A stretch of 59,698 bases of DNA, counting the filler. It is 6 parts of 6 records of this genome, joined end to end, with 100 filler letters (N's around TTAATTAATTAA, not from the genome) between each part and the next. Parts side by side here need not be neighbours in the genome. Positions count along the whole stretch, not along the records: positions 38,451 to 45,384 come from SRR20825006_2871; positions 45,485 to 50,510 come from SRR20825006_2878; 4 more parts are not named here. The stretch is one strand, 5' to 3'. This document shows, in pieces, positions 38,351 to 48,911 of the stretch. The position numbers and the translations under genes were made by a program. Numbering within the stretch: the first letter of the stretch is position 1; each line of letters opens with the position of its first letter. Below the pieces are notes generated by a model. It was not told the DNA's origin. It searched no databases and saw nothing but the letters and a program-made list of their open reading frames with translations.

Positions 38351-38450
38351 NNNNNNNNNNNNNNNNNNNNNNNNNNNNNNNNNNNNNNNNNNNNTTAATT
38401 AATTAANNNNNNNNNNNNNNNNNNNNNNNNNNNNNNNNNNNNNNNNNNNN
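38351..38450. other. Artificial contig-join linker
   Basis: N-run + TTAATTAATTAA + N-run. Confidence 0.99.
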
Positions 38451-39107
<657 letters not shown>

Positions 39108-39282
39108 AGGTTTTGGGTTGTTGGCTTCGATTTGATAAGGCTTGGACGATACGCAGGAACGGCAAAGTCGCGGCCGGCGCGTGCTCGACGTATTAAGCAG
39201 ATATGAAAAAAATTAAGGTGTTATTTTTGAATATTTTGGGGATTGATCGAACTCTATCACCGAATGGCAGGTCCGTAAAGCA

Positions 39283-39315
39283 GAAAAGAAAAGGCCCCGC
39301 GTTAGGCGAGGCCTC
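39283..39315 (-). terminator. Intrinsic terminator after trxA
   Basis: Minus strand GAGGCCTCGC-CTAAC-GCGGGGCCTT followed by TTCTTTTC. Confidence 0.7.
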
Positions 39316-39321
39316 TTGCTA

Positions 39322-39648
39322 TTACAGTGCGCTGTCAACGAAGTCGCACAGCTGCGACTTGGACAAGGCGCCTACTTTGGTGGCTTCAGCATTACCGCCT
39401 TTGAAGATCATCAGCGTTGGAATGCCACGAACACTGAATTTGGCAGGGGTTTCTGAATTGGCGTCAACGTCGATCTTGCAGATCTTGATCTTGCCAGCGT
39501 AATCGCCAGAGATCTCATCAAGGACCGGCGCGATCATTTTACAGGGGCCACACCACTCTGCCCAAAAGTCTACCAGTACTGGCAGATCGGACTTCAGCAC
39601 TTCTTCTTCAAAGCTGCTGTCGGTGACGTGAACGATGTTGTCGCTCAT
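39322..39648 (-). CDS. trxA: Thioredoxin 1
   Basis: [21 protein letters not shown]; located upstream of rho. Confidence 0.98.
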   Translation of the reverse strand: MSDNIVHVTDSSFEEEVLKSDLPVLVDFWAEWCGPCKMIAPVLDEISGDYAGKIKICKIDVDANSETPAKFSVRGIPTLMIFKGGNAEATKVGALSKSQLCDFVDSAL

Positions 39649-39800
39649 CTTGGTTCTCCAAGTTGATATCGTGATAACGGAATCGCGGATGATAACACAG
39701 CTCTAGACGCGATGTGAAAGCCATCAACATCGGCCTGCGCTGGCCAGCGTCGCCAGCGACCGCTATGCTAGCCGCCGTATCACTGACTAAGCTTAACGCC

Positions 39801-41069
39801 ATGCCGCGCCTACTCTACAGCCTGTTCTTCTACCTGATTTTACCACTGGTCCTGTTGCGGCTAGGCTACCGAGCACTGCGCGCGCCCGACTACCGCCGCC
39901 GCATCGGTGAACGCTTTGGCTTTGTCTCAGCGCCCGAGCAAACAGGGGGGCTGTGGGTACACGCGGTTTCCGTTGGCGAAAGCATCGCAGCCGCGCCGCT
40001 GATACAACACATGCTGGACCGACACCCAGAACTGCCCATTGTCGTCACCTGCATGACACCCACCGGCTCCAGCCGGATTCGCGCCATGTTTGGTCAACAG
40101 GTGCACCATGTCTACGCCCCCTACGACCTGCCTGGTGCTGTAGCCCGCTTCCTGCGCCGCACCCAACCGCGCGCGGCGGTCATTATGGAAACCGAGATCT
40201 GGCCAAATATGGTGCAAATGACAGCGAAGCGCGGCATTCCTGTTGTGCTCGCTAACGCCCGTCTCTCCGCGCGCTCAGCCAGAGGCTACCAACGCCTATC
40301 CGGACTGAGCCGGCCGGTGATAAAAGCCTTTAGCCGGATCGTCGCCCAGGGTCAGAACGACGCCGAACGCTTTCTGAACATTGGCGCCCACGCCGATCAA
40401 CTGCGCGTTTCAGGCAGCATCAAGTTTGATGTCGCCATTCCCGATACCCTGCGCCAACACGCGCGGCAGACGCGTGAGCAATTTGGCCAAGACCGTCCAG
40501 TGTGGATCGCCGCCAGCACCCACGACGGCGAAGACAGCATATTACTGGACGCCCATCAGCGCGCACTCAAACAACAACCCGATGCCCTGTTGGTATTGGT
40601 GCCCAGGCACCCCGAACGCTTTGACGCCGTCGCCAAGTTGGTGGCCGCCAAGGGCCTGCGCTGCCAGCGTCGCAGTACCGAGAGCGCCATATCCCCCGAC
40701 ACTCAAGTTCTGCTGGGCGATACCATGGGTGAACTACTGCTGCTTTTGGGCACCGCAGATATTGCCTTTATCGGTGGCAGCCTGGTGCCGCGCGGCGGCC
40801 ACAACAGTTTGGAAGCTGCTGCCTGGGGCTTGCCGGTACTGGCCGGCCCCAGCGACTTCAACTTTGCACAGATTAGTGAATTATTACAGACCGCTGGCGG
40901 CCTGAGCCTGCTAGACAGTGCCGAAAGCATCGCCGCTGAACTCATCGCCTTGTTTGCCGACAGCGAGATGAGAGAAACCCGCGGACGCAACGCCCTGGCC
41001 GTTGTCGAGGCCAACCGCGGCGCACTGGCAAAACTGATCGAGGAAGTTGAGGGCGCGCTAACTCGTTAG
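39801..41069 (+). CDS. waaA: 3-deoxy-D-manno-octulosonic acid transferase
   Basis: WVHAVSVGE, METEIWPN, NARLS, IAASTH.GE, LVPRHPERF, GDTMGEL, GGHN.LE. Start taken at MPRLLYS. Confidence 0.96.
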   Translation: MPRLLYSLFFYLILPLVLLRLGYRALRAPDYRRRIGERFGFVSAPEQTGGLWVHAVSVGESIAAAPLIQHMLDRHPELPIVVTCMTPTGSSRIRAMFGQQVHHVYAPYDLPGAVARFLRRTQPRAAVIMETEIWPNMVQMTAKRGIPVVLANARLSARSARGYQRLSGLSRPVIKAFSRIVAQGQNDAERFLNIGAHADQLRVSGSIKFDVAIPDTLRQHARQTREQFGQDRPVWIAASTHDGEDSILLDAHQRALKQQPDALLVLVPRHPERFDAVAKLVAAKGLRCQRRSTESAISPDTQVLLGDTMGELLLLLGTADIAFIGGSLVPRGGHNSLEAAAWGLPVLAGPSDFNFAQISELLQTAGGLSLLDSAESIAAELIALFADSEMRETRGRNALAVVEANRGALAKLIEEVEGALTR

Positions 41070-41078
41070 TGCGCCCTC
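41049..41078. terminator. Strong hairpin over the waaA stop, between convergent waaA and tolC
   Basis: GAGGGCGCGCTAA-CTCG-TTAGTGCGCCCTC; no clear U-tract. Confidence 0.4.
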
Positions 41079-41125
41079 CGAAAGGGAAAATTACGCGGCG
41101 GGAACCGCGTTAGCAGGCGGGAATA

Positions 41126-42562
41126 TCAGCGTTTGCCATTGCCGTTCAGCAATACTGCATCACCTTCCTGCAGCCACTGATTAAGCCCCTGCACATCCGC
41201 CGGGCTTAGAGTGCCAGCGTTCAGCTTGAGCTTGAGCATATCGACAACGTAGTCGTAGCGGGCGTTACTGTAGTCACGCAGTGCCGCATATAACTTGCGC
41301 TGGGCGTCCAATACATCAACCACGTTGCGCGTGCCGACATCGTAACCGGCTTCGGTCGCATCCAGGGCGCTACGCGCAGAGACAATATTCAGTTTGCGCG
41401 CCTTCACGGTTTGCACGGCAGTATTCACCGCAATGTGCTGGGCGCGCGTGCCGGCAATAACCTGGCGCTGCGTTAGCTGCGCGGTGTACTGCGCCGAATT
41501 GTATTGCTCGTAGGCTTGGCGGCGACCCGCACTAACGCCACCACCGGTAAACAGCGGCACCGTCAGCGTGACACGCAGGGCCTCAGTTTCATACTCACTG
41601 TCTGGCGGCACAGCAAAGGAACTGCTGGGGTTGAAACGCCGCGAGCCGTCCAGGTCTTCCTTGGTGTAGCTGAAGCTACCGCTAATCTTTGGCAAGTGCT
41701 CGCTCTTTTTCGCACGGGCATTTTCATAGGCGGAACCAGACGCCGCCGCTGCCACCTTAAGCTGGTAATTGTTCTTTAAAGCCATATCGACCCAGGCTGC
41801 GCGACTGGCAGGCAGTGGATTATCGATAGGGAAACTCTCTTTCAATGACCACAGCTTGCCGTGATCTTTGCCTGTAAGGGTAGTGAGGTTCTCGCGGGCG
41901 ATCGCCAGTGCGCCCTCAAAACCAAGGCGCTGAGCCACGGTAGAGTCGTATACCGCGCGCGACTCATGCACATCAGTAATCGCGATCAGGCCAACATCAA
42001 AGCGCTGCTGCGTTTGCTCAAGCTGGCGCTTGGCCGCGCGCTCTTCTGCACGCGAGGCATCGAGATTTTCCCGCGCCTTTAGCACTTCAAAATACGCTTC
42101 GGATACACGCACAATCAGCTCTTGCTGGTCATACGCCAACTGCGCCTTGGCGCGCTCGGTGACTTTTTGGCCCGCCTTAAAGCTGAACCACGCCGGCAGA
42201 TCAAAAATGGCCTGGCTCAGGCTCAAGGAGTAATTTTCCGTTTCCGAGCCGGTATGCACCTTCTGGTCAATTATCGACGTCGACCCACCACCGAAACCGC
42301 CACCGGAGAACGTTGTGCTCTTTGACTGCGAGTCGGTTTCGGTATCCTGGTAGTAGGCTTGGCCACTCAGCTGGGGTAACAGCGCTGAGCGACTGAGGTT
42401 TTCAGACTCCAGATCGGCGCGGTAGGTCGCCTCTGCGGCTTTTAACTGCGGATCGTTATTCACTGCAAGCTCGTAGACATCTAGCAATGTGTCGGCATGG
42501 GCGCCGGAAATACCCATAGCCAGTGCAACAGCTGCACTGAGAAAGTGACGTTTGGCAATCAT
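41126..42562 (-). CDS. tolC: TolC-family outer membrane channel
   Basis: Signal peptide, LLDVYELAVNNDP, RSALLPQ, RFDVGL, GYDVGTRNVVDVLDAQ. Confidence 0.93.
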   Translation of the reverse strand: MIAKRHFLSAAVALAMGISGAHADTLLDVYELAVNNDPQLKAAEATYRADLESENLSRSALLPQLSGQAYYQDTETDSQSKSTTFSGGGFGGGSTSIIDQKVHTGSETENYSLSLSQAIFDLPAWFSFKAGQKVTERAKAQLAYDQQELIVRVSEAYFEVLKARENLDASRAEERAAKRQLEQTQQRFDVGLIAITDVHESRAVYDSTVAQRLGFEGALAIARENLTTLTGKDHGKLWSLKESFPIDNPLPASRAAWVDMALKNNYQLKVAAAASGSAYENARAKKSEHLPKISGSFSYTKEDLDGSRRFNPSSSFAVPPDSEYETEALRVTLTVPLFTGGGVSAGRRQAYEQYNSAQYTAQLTQRQVIAGTRAQHIAVNTAVQTVKARKLNIVSARSALDATEAGYDVGTRNVVDVLDAQRKLYAALRDYSNARYDYVVDMLKLKLNAGTLSPADVQGLNQWLQEGDAVLLNGNGKR

Positions 42563-42682
42563 AGAGTTAACCTGTTCTGCTAACGGAGGGGCTGCGTCAG
42601 GCCCGCAGTGTATCAGACTCGTCCTATGCGAGAATGATTATTAAAAAATCTTATTGAATTAGAACGCAAATTCGGGAGCCTT

Positions 42683-43144
42683 GTGAAGACGCCGAACTAC
42701 CAAGTTGACCTCAACGCGCATCTCGCCGACTGTGAGATGAATTATCTGCGTTTGCAGAAGTTACTGCCCGACGCCCTTCAGGCCGGTGACGAGCTCTGCA
42801 TTGGGGTAGGCAATCACGCGCTCAATATTCGTGTGCGCGAGTGCGCGCCGTACACCAGCTTTCTCGACTTGCGGCTGGCCCAGGCAAAAACACAAGCCTG
42901 GGCCGCTATGTGCTTACAGGTGCGTATCTATCACGACGCAAAGCTTGCCGAGGTCAGTGGTGCCGAGCAGGTCTACGCCCTGCGGCAACGCTACGACTAC
43001 CCGAATAATAAAATGTTTCAACGCGACGAAAAGGCCCAGCTAAACCGCTTTCTTGGCGAATGGCTAAGCCAGTGCTTGCGGCACGGTCACCGGCACGACA
43101 GCGCCGTATTAGAAAAGGTCAGCGCGACCGGCACACAATTTTAG
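42683..43144 (+). CDS. yqiB: DUF1249 protein (YqiB)
   Basis: CEMNY.RL..LLP, PYT, VRIYHDAK.AEV, YDYPN.KM.Q.DEK.Q.N.FL.EWL. Confidence 0.9.
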   Translation: MKTPNYQVDLNAHLADCEMNYLRLQKLLPDALQAGDELCIGVGNHALNIRVRECAPYTSFLDLRLAQAKTQAWAAMCLQVRIYHDAKLAEVSGAEQVYALRQRYDYPNNKMFQRDEKAQLNRFLGEWLSQCLRHGHRHDSAVLEKVSATGTQF

Positions 43145-43266
43145 CAGCGAGACTGCAGTCGCAAATCACACATTTATTGTCGCGGGGCAACGCCCTCTGA
43201 TGGACTGCGTCTGGATTTGTGGCAACCCATACCGTATAAAAGCCGAAGATATTAACGAGGCTTACT

Positions 43267-44070
43267 GTGAACAGCGCCAACGCAACAGCGACTCCCGCTT
43301 TCTGCTTAGTGCAGATTACCGACTGCCACCTGGGCGCCAGCCCGGGCAGCTCGCTGTTGGGCATGGATACCGACCACAGCCTCGACGAAGTGCTCGCTTT
43401 GGTGCAACGCCAGCACCCACACATCGACATGCTGGTGGTCTCTGGCGACCTCTCGGGTGACAGCAGCGCCGCCGCGTATCAACGCCTCCTTCCCAAGCTC
43501 GAGGGGCTCGCGGACACGATTATATGGCTACCCGGCAACCACGACGAACCCGCCACCATGCACCAATGTGCGGGCGAGGCGCTGATGCCAAAGCAGGCGA
43601 CACTCGGCAACTGGCAGCTGTTATTTTTAAACTCGGCGGTTAGCGGCCAAGTAGGCGGTCATCTCGCTGAAAGTGAATTGGCGCTGTGCCGCCAGCACCC
43701 CTGCGACAGCAACACCTTAATCTTTGTTCACCACCACCTGAATAAGCTCGGTGCCGAATGGCTGGATGAGCAACTGATTGATAACGCCGATGCGCTGTTC
43801 GATATTCTCGACGACAAACCAGGCGTGGCGGCCATTGTATCCGGCCACGTACACCAAGCCTCCGCGCAGCGCCATCGCCAGCAACGCTTGCTGACGACGC
43901 CTTCAACCTGTATACAATTCGCGCCTGGCAGCCGCGACTTTGCCCTGGACGACCTAAACCCCGGCTACCGTTGGTTCGCCCTGCACACCGACGGCAACTG
44001 GCAGACAGGCGTGGAGCGCGTTAGCGGTGTGGAATTTACGGTAGATAAAACGGCAAACGGCTACGAATGA
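43267..44070 (+). CDS. cpdA: 3',5'-cyclic-AMP phosphodiesterase
   Basis: QITDCHL, SGDL, PGNHD, HHH, SGHVHQ, TPSTCIQF; yqiB-cpdA-yqiA-parE order. Confidence 0.93.
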   Translation: MNSANATATPAFCLVQITDCHLGASPGSSLLGMDTDHSLDEVLALVQRQHPHIDMLVVSGDLSGDSSAAAYQRLLPKLEGLADTIIWLPGNHDEPATMHQCAGEALMPKQATLGNWQLLFLNSAVSGQVGGHLAESELALCRQHPCDSNTLIFVHHHLNKLGAEWLDEQLIDNADALFDILDDKPGVAAIVSGHVHQASAQRHRQQRLLTTPSTCIQFAPGSRDFALDDLNPGYRWFALHTDGNWQTGVERVSGVEFTVDKTANGYE

Positions 44071-44654
44071 GCGCAACAGTCATTTATATACACGGCTTTC
44101 TCTCCTCCCCCCAATCACACAAAGCACAACTGGTTAAACACTACTTTGCCCAGCACCACCCGTCGGTCAGGCTGTGTATTCCCAGCATGCCCAACAACCC
44201 GGCAGGCGCCTTTGCCAAACTGGAGCAAGTGGTGGAAGAGGAACTGGCTGCAGCGCCGGACACCCTGGCACTTATCGGTAGCTCGCTGGGCGGCTTCTTC
44301 TCGACCGTACTGGCCGAGCGCCACCAGCTAAAAGCCGTGCTGGTCAACCCGGCGGTTACCCCGGGAGAGTGGGGAGAGCAGTTCATCGGTGAATACGACA
44401 ACCCCTATACCGGCGAGCATTTCAGCGTGACCGAAGAAGACCTCGCCTGCCTGCGCAGGCTAACGCCAGCCGACATTACACCCGGGCACTACTGGCTAAT
44501 GGTGCAAGAGGGCGACGAAACGCTGGATTACCGCCTTGCCGTGGCGGCTTATCACAACTGTAAGCAGCTCGTTGAGCCCGGCGGTGACCACAGCTTCGTG
44601 AATTTCGAAGCGCATTTGCCCGCAATAGTGGAATTTCTGGGCGTGGCTGGTTAA
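44067..44654 (+). CDS. yqiA: YqiA/YcfP alpha/beta hydrolase (esterase)
   Basis: YIHGFLSSPQS.KA, GSSLGG, NPAV, GDETLDY, GGDHSF. Confidence 0.92.
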   Translation: MSATVIYIHGFLSSPQSHKAQLVKHYFAQHHPSVRLCIPSMPNNPAGAFAKLEQVVEEELAAAPDTLALIGSSLGGFFSTVLAERHQLKAVLVNPAVTPGEWGEQFIGEYDNPYTGEHFSVTEEDLACLRRLTPADITPGHYWLMVQEGDETLDYRLAVAAYHNCKQLVEPGGDHSFVNFEAHLPAIVEFLGVAG

Positions 44655-44715
44655 CAATAGCCGACCCAAACCGATTCATTCACGGCGCCGCGATGCGGCC
44701 TCGCAGTGGTAGAGC

Positions 44716-45384
44716 ATGTCACAATACACCTCACAATCGATCGAAGTCCTCACTGGCCTTGAGCCTGTGCGCAAGCGTCCGGGCATGTACACCGACACCG
44801 CCCGCCCCAACCATCTGGCGCAGGAAATTATCGACAACAGCGTCGACGAAGCACTGGCCGGCCACGCCAGCCAGATCATCGTCACCCTGCACAACGATGG
44901 CTCGCTGAGCTGCGCCGACGACGGCCGCGGTATGCCGGTAGACATCCACCCGGAGATGGGCCTGCCAGGTGTCGAAGTGATTCTCTCCACCCTGCACGCC
45001 GGGGGTAAATTCTCCAACGACAACTATCAGTTCTCCGGCGGCCTCCACGGCGTGGGGGTATCGGTGGTCAACGCGCTGTCATCCCTACTGGAAGTCACCA
45101 TAAAACGGGACGGCCAGGTTCACCAGATGCGCTTTGCCAATGGCGACAAAGCCTCCGACCTGGAAGTCATCGACAGCTGCGGCAAGCGCAATACCGGCAC
45201 CCTGCTGCGGTTTTGGCCCGATGCCCAATACTTCGACAGCGCCAAGTTTTCCGTGCGCCGCCTCAAGCATGTGTTGCGTGCCAAAGCCGTACTCTGCCCG
45301 GGCCTGAAAGTTATTTTCAAAGATGAAACCGGCGAAGAGAGCGAGGAGTGGTACTACGAAGATGGCCTGCCCGACTACCTGGCC
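44716..45384 (+). CDS. parE: DNA topoisomerase IV subunit B (3'-truncated)
   Basis: IEVLTGLEPVRKRPGMYTDT.RPNHLAQE, DDGRGMP, LHAGGKF, RAKAVLCPGL. Confidence 0.97.
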
Positions 45385-45484
45385 NNNNNNNNNNNNNNNN
45401 NNNNNNNNNNNNNNNNNNNNNNNNNNNNTTAATTAATTAANNNNNNNNNNNNNNNNNNNNNNNNNNNNNNNNNNNNNNNNNNNN
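45385..45484. other. Artificial contig-join linker
   Basis: N-run + TTAATTAATTAA + N-run. Confidence 0.99.
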
Positions 45485-46494
45485 AATTCTTGTATGGTGT
45501 TATCACTAGTTCCTGCCCCAATTCCAAAACCGATAACGGTCATATCTGTTGGGCAATCTATATCTGTTAACTCATAGTCAGATGCATCTGTAAATACCAT
45601 TGCTTCTGGAACAGAGGTCTGTAATACTTGATAACCACATCTTGGGATAAAGGCACTTACCATACCTACTCCAGATTTTAAGCAGGCTTTAGTTGCTAGT
45701 ACTGTAGCTCCTATCTTACCATAACTACCACCAATAATTAAAGCGTGGCCAAATGTCCCTTTATGAGAAAACTTATGTCGCGGTTTATAAAGTTGTTGTG
45801 CTTCAGCTTTATTTATAAGTTGCATTTGAGATGGCGTCTCCATTAAGTACTGCCTATCTAAACCAATATCTATAACATCTAAGTCACCAACAAACGCACC
45901 AGTATCTGCTAAGAAAAATGGAAGTTTAGCACTTTGAAAAGCTATGGTGAAATTTGCCTTTATAACTTCATCTAAAGATTTTGTAGCTTCATCAACAAAT
46001 AAACCCGAAGGCACATCAATAGCTAAAGTAAACGCTCTACTTGCATTAATATGTTTTACTAAATTGGCAACCCAAGGTACTAACGGCCTGTTTAAACCAA
46101 TTCCAAAAATTGCATCAACAATAAAATCATTATGAGTTAGTTCTGGAAAATCGTCTTCAGATTTTAAAAGCTCTGGCCATTTATTAGTAAGCTCTTTATA
46201 CCTATCATAATTAATAAGAAAATCTTTAGATCGTTTATCACTGTAGTTAACAACAAAAGCTTTTACGTTGTAACCGTGTTCCAACAAATGTCTAGCAATG
46301 ACCAAACCGTCTCCACCGTTATTTCCTATACCGCAAAATATCTTTATTTCCATTTGCGCACCTTGTATACGCTGGTGTATTTGGTTAAACACTAAAGTAC
46401 CAGCGCGTTCCATTAACTCCGTAGAGGTTAAGGATTGGTTTTTTATGGTTAATTGGTCTGCTTCGTGAAGTTGTTTTGCCGTGAAAAGTTTCAT
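45485..46494 (-). CDS. nnr: Bifunctional NAD(P)H-hydrate epimerase/dehydratase (3'-truncated)
   Basis: LMERAG, CGIGNNGGDG, VDAIFGIG, IDVPSG, HKGTFGHALIIGGS. Confidence 0.94.
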
Positions 46495-46595
46495 TAATAC
46501 TGGGTTGGTTCTTAAAATTTAAAAGTAAGCAAAAGTTATGCAAAAATCTAACCTTTAAACTGCTCAACATTTTTAAAATCCTATGAAACAATGCT

Positions 46596-46603
46596 TACAT
46601 TTG
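46596..46603 (+). promoter_or_regulatory. Bacteroidota-type -7 promoter element for gcvT
   Basis: TACATTTG matches TAnnTTTG, 25 nt before the ATG. Confidence 0.6.
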
Positions 46604-46628
46604 CAAACTGAAAATTAATACACTATCA

Positions 46629-47711
46629 ATGAAAAATACAGCACTTACATCAATTCACGAAGCACTTGGCGCTAAAATGGTTCCGTTTGCAGGTTACAAT
46701 ATGCCAGTTTCTTATGAAGGCGTCACTATTGAACATGAAACTGTTAGAAAAGATGTTGGCGTTTTTGATGTTTCTCATATGGGTGAGTTTTTAATTTCTG
46801 GCCCAAATGCTTTGGAGTTAATACAAAAAGTAAGTACAAATGATGCCTCTAAACTTACAGATGGTAAAGCACAATACAGCTGCCTTACAAATACAGAAGG
46901 TGGTATTGTAGACGATTTGATTATTTACTGTCTAAATCCAGAAAAGTATCTTTTAGTTGTTAATGCTTCAAACATAGAAAAAGATTGGGATTGGATCTCT
47001 ATGCACAATACTATGGAGGCAGATATGAAAGATTTAAGCTCAGAATATTCTTTACTTGCAATACAAGGTCCTAAGGCTGTTGAAGCTATGCAATCGTTAT
47101 CACCATACGATTTAAGTAGTATAAAGTTTTACAATTTTGTGGTTGAAGAATTTGCAGGAATAGAGAATGTAATAATTAGTGCTACTGGGTATACTGGTAG
47201 TGGTGGTTTTGAGATTTACTGTAAAAATTCTGAAGTAGAACAAGTTTGGAATAATGTATTAGAAGCTGGTAAAGAATTTGGTATTAAGCCAATTGGTCTT
47301 GCAGCCAGAGACACCTTACGTCTTGAAATGGGTTATTGTCTTTATGGTAATGATATAGATGATACCACATCACCACTTGAAGCAGGTTTAGGTTGGATTA
47401 CTAAATTCACAAAAGACTTTATTAATAGTGATGCTCTTAAAGCTCAAAAAGCTGAAGGCCCACAACGCAAACTTATTGCGTTCGAGATTGAAGATAGAGG
47501 TATTCCAAGACAAGGTTATGATATTGTAGACGAAGCAGGAAATACAATTGGTATAGTAACATCTGGTACTATGTCTCCTTCTTTAAATAAAGGTATTGGT
47601 TTAGGTTATGTCCCTAGCAATATGTCTGGATTTGGAGAACCTATTTACATTCAAATACGTAATAAAGCTGTAAAGGCAACAATTGTAAAACTTCCGTTTT
47701 ACAAGGGCTAA
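46629..47711 (+). CDS. gcvT: Glycine cleavage system aminomethyltransferase T
   Basis: [48 protein letters not shown]. Confidence 0.98.
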   Translation: MKNTALTSIHEALGAKMVPFAGYNMPVSYEGVTIEHETVRKDVGVFDVSHMGEFLISGPNALELIQKVSTNDASKLTDGKAQYSCLTNTEGGIVDDLIIYCLNPEKYLLVVNASNIEKDWDWISMHNTMEADMKDLSSEYSLLAIQGPKAVEAMQSLSPYDLSSIKFYNFVVEEFAGIENVIISATGYTGSGGFEIYCKNSEVEQVWNNVLEAGKEFGIKPIGLAARDTLRLEMGYCLYGNDIDDTTSPLEAGLGWITKFTKDFINSDALKAQKAEGPQRKLIAFEIEDRGIPRQGYDIVDEAGNTIGIVTSGTMSPSLNKGIGLGYVPSNMSGFGEPIYIQIRNKAVKATIVKLPFYKG

Positions 47712-47734
47712 GTAAGCTGTAAACTACATTTTAT

Positions 47735-48562
47735 ATCTCAGATTCTAAAAAAATATTAATTCTTGGAGGCAGTGGCTTTTTAGGTAATGCGCTCTATAGG
47801 GAACTACTACCCTATTTTAATACGCATGCTACCTATTATACAGACAATGCTACCTTTGAGTCTAACTTTAAATTTCACCAATGGGATTTAGAGTCTGAAG
47901 ATGTATCAATATTATTAGAGCAGGTTAAACCAAATGTTATAGTTTCTGCATTAAGAGGTTCTTTTGAGGCTCAGGTGCACCAACACCTGTCAATTATAAA
48001 TTACATTTTAAAAAACCCTTGCAAACTTATTTTCTTATCGTCTGCTAATGTGTTTGATGCCTTTACAAACTATCCGTCTTATGAATATGATAAAACATTA
48101 TCTGAAAGTGTGTATGGTAGATTTAAAATTAAGATTGAAAATGCACTGTTAAGACTGCCAAATAATAAATATAATATCTGTAGGCTTCCTATGGTTTTTG
48201 GGGCAAAATCTCCACGATTAATAGAACTTACAGAGCATTATAAAAATAATGTCCCTTTTGAGGTATTTCCTAACGTAGTAACTAATGCTACTACCCACAA
48301 AAAACTAACACAACAATTACACTATATAATTAATAGAAACCGTAAAGGAGTATTTCATTTGGGAAGTAAAGACTTAGTGCACCATGACGATTTAATACAG
48401 GATATTTGTAAAGAATTAAAGTTTGAAAACCCATTACTTAAAAGTGTATACAACTCAAACGAAGATCGTTATTTAGCTGTAATGCCAAAAGACAAACTAT
48501 TGCCTAAAAATTTACAGATGACAATTCAGGAAGTTATTAAAGACTCTGTAATCATCTCGTAA
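47735..48562 (+). CDS. RmlD-like NAD(P)-binding (sugar-nucleotide) protein; apparent non-canonical start
   Basis: Frame is open from 47723. ATC at 47735 gives (M)SDSKKILILGGSGFLG (GxxGxxG); later IFLSSANVFD and YGRFK (YxxxK). The ORF-track start at 47975 omits the Rossmann motif. Confidence 0.78.
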   Translation: MSDSKKILILGGSGFLGNALYRELLPYFNTHATYYTDNATFESNFKFHQWDLESEDVSILLEQVKPNVIVSALRGSFEAQVHQHLSIINYILKNPCKLIFLSSANVFDAFTNYPSYEYDKTLSESVYGRFKIKIENALLRLPNNKYNICRLPMVFGAKSPRLIELTEHYKNNVPFEVFPNVVTNATTHKKLTQQLHYIINRNRKGVFHLGSKDLVHHDDLIQDICKELKFENPLLKSVYNSNEDRYLAVMPKDKLLPKNLQMTIQEVIKDSVIIS

Positions 48563-48596
48563 TTAATTATTACCTTAACATTAAAATATATATACT

Positions 48597-48881
48597 ATGA
48601 AACTTACAGAACAACAAATAGAAAACGCATTAAAAGAATTAAAAGGTTGGGAATTTGGAGATGATGCCATTCATACATCTTTTGAGTTTAATAATTTTAA
48701 AGAAGCATTTAGTGTAATGACAAGAATAGCTTTTGAAGCAGAAGCACAACAACATCATCCAGAATGGACAAATGTTTATAATGAACTTTCTATAACGTTA
48801 AGTACACATGATGCTGGTGGCGTAACAGAAAAAGATATTGAGATGGCTAAAACCATTGAAGATATAATTGACGCAGACTAA
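48597..48881 (+). CDS. Pterin-4-alpha-carbinolamine dehydratase
   Basis: EAEAQQHHPEWTNVYN, LSTHDAGGVTEKD. Confidence 0.93.
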   Translation: MKLTEQQIENALKELKGWEFGDDAIHTSFEFNNFKEAFSVMTRIAFEAEAQQHHPEWTNVYNELSITLSTHDAGGVTEKDIEMAKTIEDIIDAD

Positions 48882-48911
48882 CCATACTTACATTTAATTA
48901 AACCCTAATTA

